In this document: in pieces, positions 52,909-55,433 of the stretch
Numbering within the stretch: position 1 is the first letter of the stretch
How the letters are laid out: each line of letters begins with the position of its first letter
Virus record (IMG/VR): IMGVR_UViG_3300043449_001455
Coordinates: 1-55,433 of that record
DNA: 55,433 bases
From: a virus
Taxonomy: Duplodnaviria > Caudoviricetes
Direction: 5' to 3' (one strand)
Notes under the pieces: model-generated
What the model saw: only the letters and a program-made list of their open reading frames with translations
Told to the model about the DNA's origin: nothing
Database searches by the model: none
Translations under genes and position numbers: made by a program

Positions 52909-53991
52909 TCAGGCCCAGACTAGTTCAATCGATCCATCTGCCAGGGCCTGAGGGCCAGGGGTGGCCTGCAGGCTGAAGGGGTCAGCGATGGCACGGTCCG
53001 CCCCTTTGCTTACCTTTGTGCGCAGTATCACAGCCACCCCCTGAGGCTCTAACCATCGATTATCAGACTCATCCCCTGCAATGGCAGGGAGGGTAACTGT
53101 TTGGCCCTTACGGGTGAGCCTGAGGGCCACAGGCCAGGCCTGGCCCTTGGCCAGCAGCACAGGGGCAGCCAGCCTGAAACCTGCCAGGGCAGCTGCCATG
53201 GCGTCTGCCACAGCTGAGGGCCTGTCAGCTGCCAGGCTGGCTGTGACATCCCAGCCAGCTGCCCTTTGTGCTAAAAGGCCAGTCCTGCCCTGCAGGGGGG
53301 CCTTGGAATAGTCGTATAGGGCCATGCTGCCATCGCTCAGGGGCAGGGCCAGGGCCTGGGCTAGGTTCATGGATTCCCCAGCCACAGCCTGCAGGCCATA
53401 ACGTATCCGCAGGGCCTGGGCCTCCTGGGGGCTCAGGCTGAACCGTGCCAAATGGTGCGGGTGATCGTCTGTGCCGCGCAGTCTCACAGCCAAGGGCAGG
53501 CCCAGGGCCTGAGCCTTTGCGTAATGCCGGCCAATGGCCCACAGGAGGGCCCGTTGATACGTGGCAGGCTCAGCCAGCATGGCAAGGGTGCGTCTGCCCC
53601 TGGCAGCTGCCACAGCCTGGCTCAGGCCACCATGGCCAGCCCAGTTAAGGCATCCCATTGCACAGCCAGGGGTGGCCCAGGGGCAGCCATTGCGGGCCAG
53701 GCCCTTTGCCAGGAGGCCCTCAGTCTCAGCCAGGGCCCTCAGGGCAGGGATGAAGGCCCGCGATGGGATGCCGGCATTCTCAGGGGTGATGGCAGCTGCC
53801 AGGGCCTTATGGGGCAAGTGATGAAGAATCACAGGGAGGGCCTGGGCTGAGCCCTTGGCCAGTTTGGCATTGTCGTCTGTCAGCAGGCCAGGGAGGGTGA
53901 GGCTGAACCGTGCCAGGAGGGCTGCCACGTCTGCAGGCAGACGGGAGGGGGCACAAGCGCGGGCCTGGGCTGTGGTTTGGATGGCAGGCAT
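52909..53991 (-). CDS. GP88-family (radical-SAM-like Fe-S) protein
   Basis: CPWATPGCAMGCLNWAGHG, VRLRGTDD, LYDYSK, GDESDNRW; start could be 54018. Confidence 0.75.
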   Translation of the reverse strand: MPAIQTTAQARACAPSRLPADVAALLARFSLTLPGLLTDDNAKLAKGSAQALPVILHHLPHKALAAAITPENAGIPSRAFIPALRALAETEGLLAKGLARNGCPWATPGCAMGCLNWAGHGGLSQAVAAARGRRTLAMLAEPATYQRALLWAIGRHYAKAQALGLPLAVRLRGTDDHPHHLARFSLSPQEAQALRIRYGLQAVAGESMNLAQALALPLSDGSMALYDYSKAPLQGRTGLLAQRAAGWDVTASLAADRPSAVADAMAAALAGFRLAAPVLLAKGQAWPVALRLTRKGQTVTLPAIAGDESDNRWLEPQGVAVILRTKVSKGADRAIADPFSLQATPGPQALADGSIELVWA

Positions 53992-54050
53992 GGAAGGAAG
54001 GGGGATAAGGGTGAGCATTGTCTGGGCTTCCTGTTTGGAATGGCCCTTTG

Positions 54051-54101
54051 TAGCCATTGGCCACAATTCAGTCAACAGAAATATGTGGCCATTGGCCACA
54101 T
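54051..54101. promoter_or_regulatory. Duplicated palindromic operator-like site
   Basis: ATGTGGCCA-T-TGGCCACAT (54083-54101); GCCATTGGCCACA repeated at 54053-54065. Confidence 0.55.
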
Positions 54102-54107
54102 TCTGTG

Positions 54108-54308
54108 CTAGTGGCGATCTGAGATCAGCCAGGCCTGGGCCTGAGGCTCAGGGGGCAGCTGGCTCGATCGGATGGCCCGTCTGAGGGCCTCCTGGGCAGC
54201 CTCCTGGGCAGCGTAATGCTGCAGGATGGCTGCCAGGTCTGGCCTGCCAGGGGTGGCCCATCCGATGGGCTGGCCCTGGCTGTTTGTGACGCGTTCTAGC
54301 TCAGGCAT
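54108..54308 (-). CDS. Hypothetical protein (66 aa)
   Basis: ATG overlaps the upstream stop (ATGCCTGA). Confidence 0.55.
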   Translation of the reverse strand: MPELERVTNSQGQPIGWATPGRPDLAAILQHYAAQEAAQEALRRAIRSSQLPPEPQAQAWLISDRH

Positions 54309-54453
54309 GGGGGGCCAGCTTAAAAGTGTGATCCTGGCCCTTAATACGTTGCAGGAGGGCCAGCCTGCGCTCAGCCACAGCCACAGGCCGAGCCTGGGGG
54401 ATGGCAGGCTGCCATCCCTGCTGAATGCCGCGCCAAATCAAAACAATTGCCAT
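54301..54453 (-). CDS. Hypothetical protein (50 aa; below ORF-track cutoff)
   Basis: MAIVLIWRGIQQGWQPAIPQARPVAVAERRLALLQRIKGQDHTFKLAPHA; pyrimidine-rich leader. Confidence 0.55.
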   Translation of the reverse strand: MAIVLIWRGIQQGWQPAIPQARPVAVAERRLALLQRIKGQDHTFKLAPHA

Positions 54454-54489
54454 GGGAGGGGTAAGGGTAAGGGTTGAAAGGGTGAGGGC

Positions 54490-55104
54490 TCAGGCTGTGG
54501 CCTCACGGGCCAGGGCTAGCCTGCGGATTCCGTCAGCCTGCCAGACCAGCTGGCGGGCCATGCTGCGGATATCTGCAGCAGAACGGGCCAGGGCTGGAAT
54601 CCTGGCCAGGGCCTGCAGGGCCTCAAGGGCCTCAGTCTCGAGTTCAGCGGCCTGGGCCCTGAGCTCAGCAGGGGTGGCAGGGGGGCGAATGGTGGGCAAC
54701 TGAGGGGCAGGGCCAGCCTGGGCGGGAGGGGCAGGGGGCAGGGCCTCACCTGGCAGCACAGGCCGGGCCTGGGCCCAGGGGCCAGGCTCAGAGACTGCGC
54801 TGAACCTGGCCCCCTCAGGGGGCAGGGCCTGGGCCACAGCCTGGGCCACAGCCTGGGCCCTGGCAGCCCTGGCACCCCTGGCAGCCTTAATGGCAGCCTG
54901 GCCAGCTGTGGCAAAGGCCTCTGCAGGGGTGCGAGGGGTAGGGGCATCAACGGCCACCACGCGATAGGCATTGTGGGGGCTGTGCTGAGCCCAGATTGCC
55001 GCGCGACGTTCTGCGCATTCGCGCGGCTCAGGGCCCAGGCCAGTAGGGCCCCAGGCCCCCACGCGGTTCTGCTGAACTTCAATCCGGCAAATTTCAAAAG
55101 CCAT
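54490..55104 (-). CDS. Hypothetical Ala/Pro-rich protein (204 aa)
   Basis: ATG after a pyrimidine-rich leader; small N-terminal domain, linker, C-terminal coiled coil. Confidence 0.6.
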   Translation of the reverse strand: MAFEICRIEVQQNRVGAWGPTGLGPEPRECAERRAAIWAQHSPHNAYRVVAVDAPTPRTPAEAFATAGQAAIKAARGARAARAQAVAQAVAQALPPEGARFSAVSEPGPWAQARPVLPGEALPPAPPAQAGPAPQLPTIRPPATPAELRAQAAELETEALEALQALARIPALARSAADIRSMARQLVWQADGIRRLALAREATA

Positions 55105-55280
55105 AAGAGGTAAGGATTAATGCCCCCAAATACTGAAGCCCAGGCCACCCCTAGCCCAGGGCCAGTGTGCCGGTTTTCTGATTGGCCTAGTTGCCACAGG
55201 CTGGCCACCCCTCGCGAGGGTGCGGACCTGGGGTGGCATTTCACCCCATGCATAAGGAGGGCCACAGCCTGGCCACCCCT

Positions 55281-55433
55281 GCCGAGCGACGCACACCTAA
55301 CTGTGAGCCGAGCGACGCACACCTAACTGTGAGCCGAGCGACGCACACCTAACTGTGAGCCGAGCGACGCACACCTAACTGTGAGCCGAGCGACGCACAC
55401 CTAACTGTGAGCCGAGCGACGCACACCTAACTG
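55281..55433. repeat. 26-bp tandem repeat array (right part)
   Basis: Five exact copies plus 23 nt of the unit seen at 1-155. Confidence 0.97.

Noticed and set aside
54516-55322. 268-aa alternative-frame ORF starting in the tandem array
   Set aside because: Low-complexity Pro/Leu/Trp by-product of the GGCC-rich sequence, overlapping the better-supported 54490-55104 gene.
55281-55433. Physical direct terminal repeat of the virion DNA
   Set aside because: The end identity is just the tandem array where assembly broke; the gpA terminase and cos-like site point to cohesive ends near 52650.

Overview
The window looks like an essentially complete ~55.4 kb temperate siphovirus genome, circularly permuted and broken inside a 26-bp tandem array present at both ends. 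Gene content, cyanobacterial-type ThyX and LexA boxes suggest a picocyanobacterial (Synechococcus/Cyanobium-like) host; this is inferred, and all family calls are from motif recognition, not database searches. Layout: small early genes (405-3022); primase-helicase, VRR-NUC and SF2 helicase with an iteron origin; RecE/RecT/SSB plus many small genes; tRNA-Lys, attP and a tyrosine integrase; thyX/dcd; a two-gene insertion; lysis genes; a lambda-like tail, head and gpA-type terminase; and a predicted cos site. Main unusual signals: (1) a ~2.6 kb CpG-depleted, GGCC-rich segment that starts at the predicted cos (the predicted first-ejected end), encodes a GP88-like Fe-S protein, and ends at the 26-bp array and a cluster of host-regulator sites including three LexA boxes, resembling a two-step-injection or anti-restriction leader; (2) a -1 frameshift signal in a holin-like gene whose extended product stops on the endolysin TTG start; (3) a short anticodon-loop attP core beside a complete tRNA-Lys, suggesting tRNA-dependent lysogeny; (4) four promoters with RpaB/HLR1-like sites plus a phage RNAP alpha-CTD homologue; (5) a glycosidase-like domain fused to a small head-module protein.
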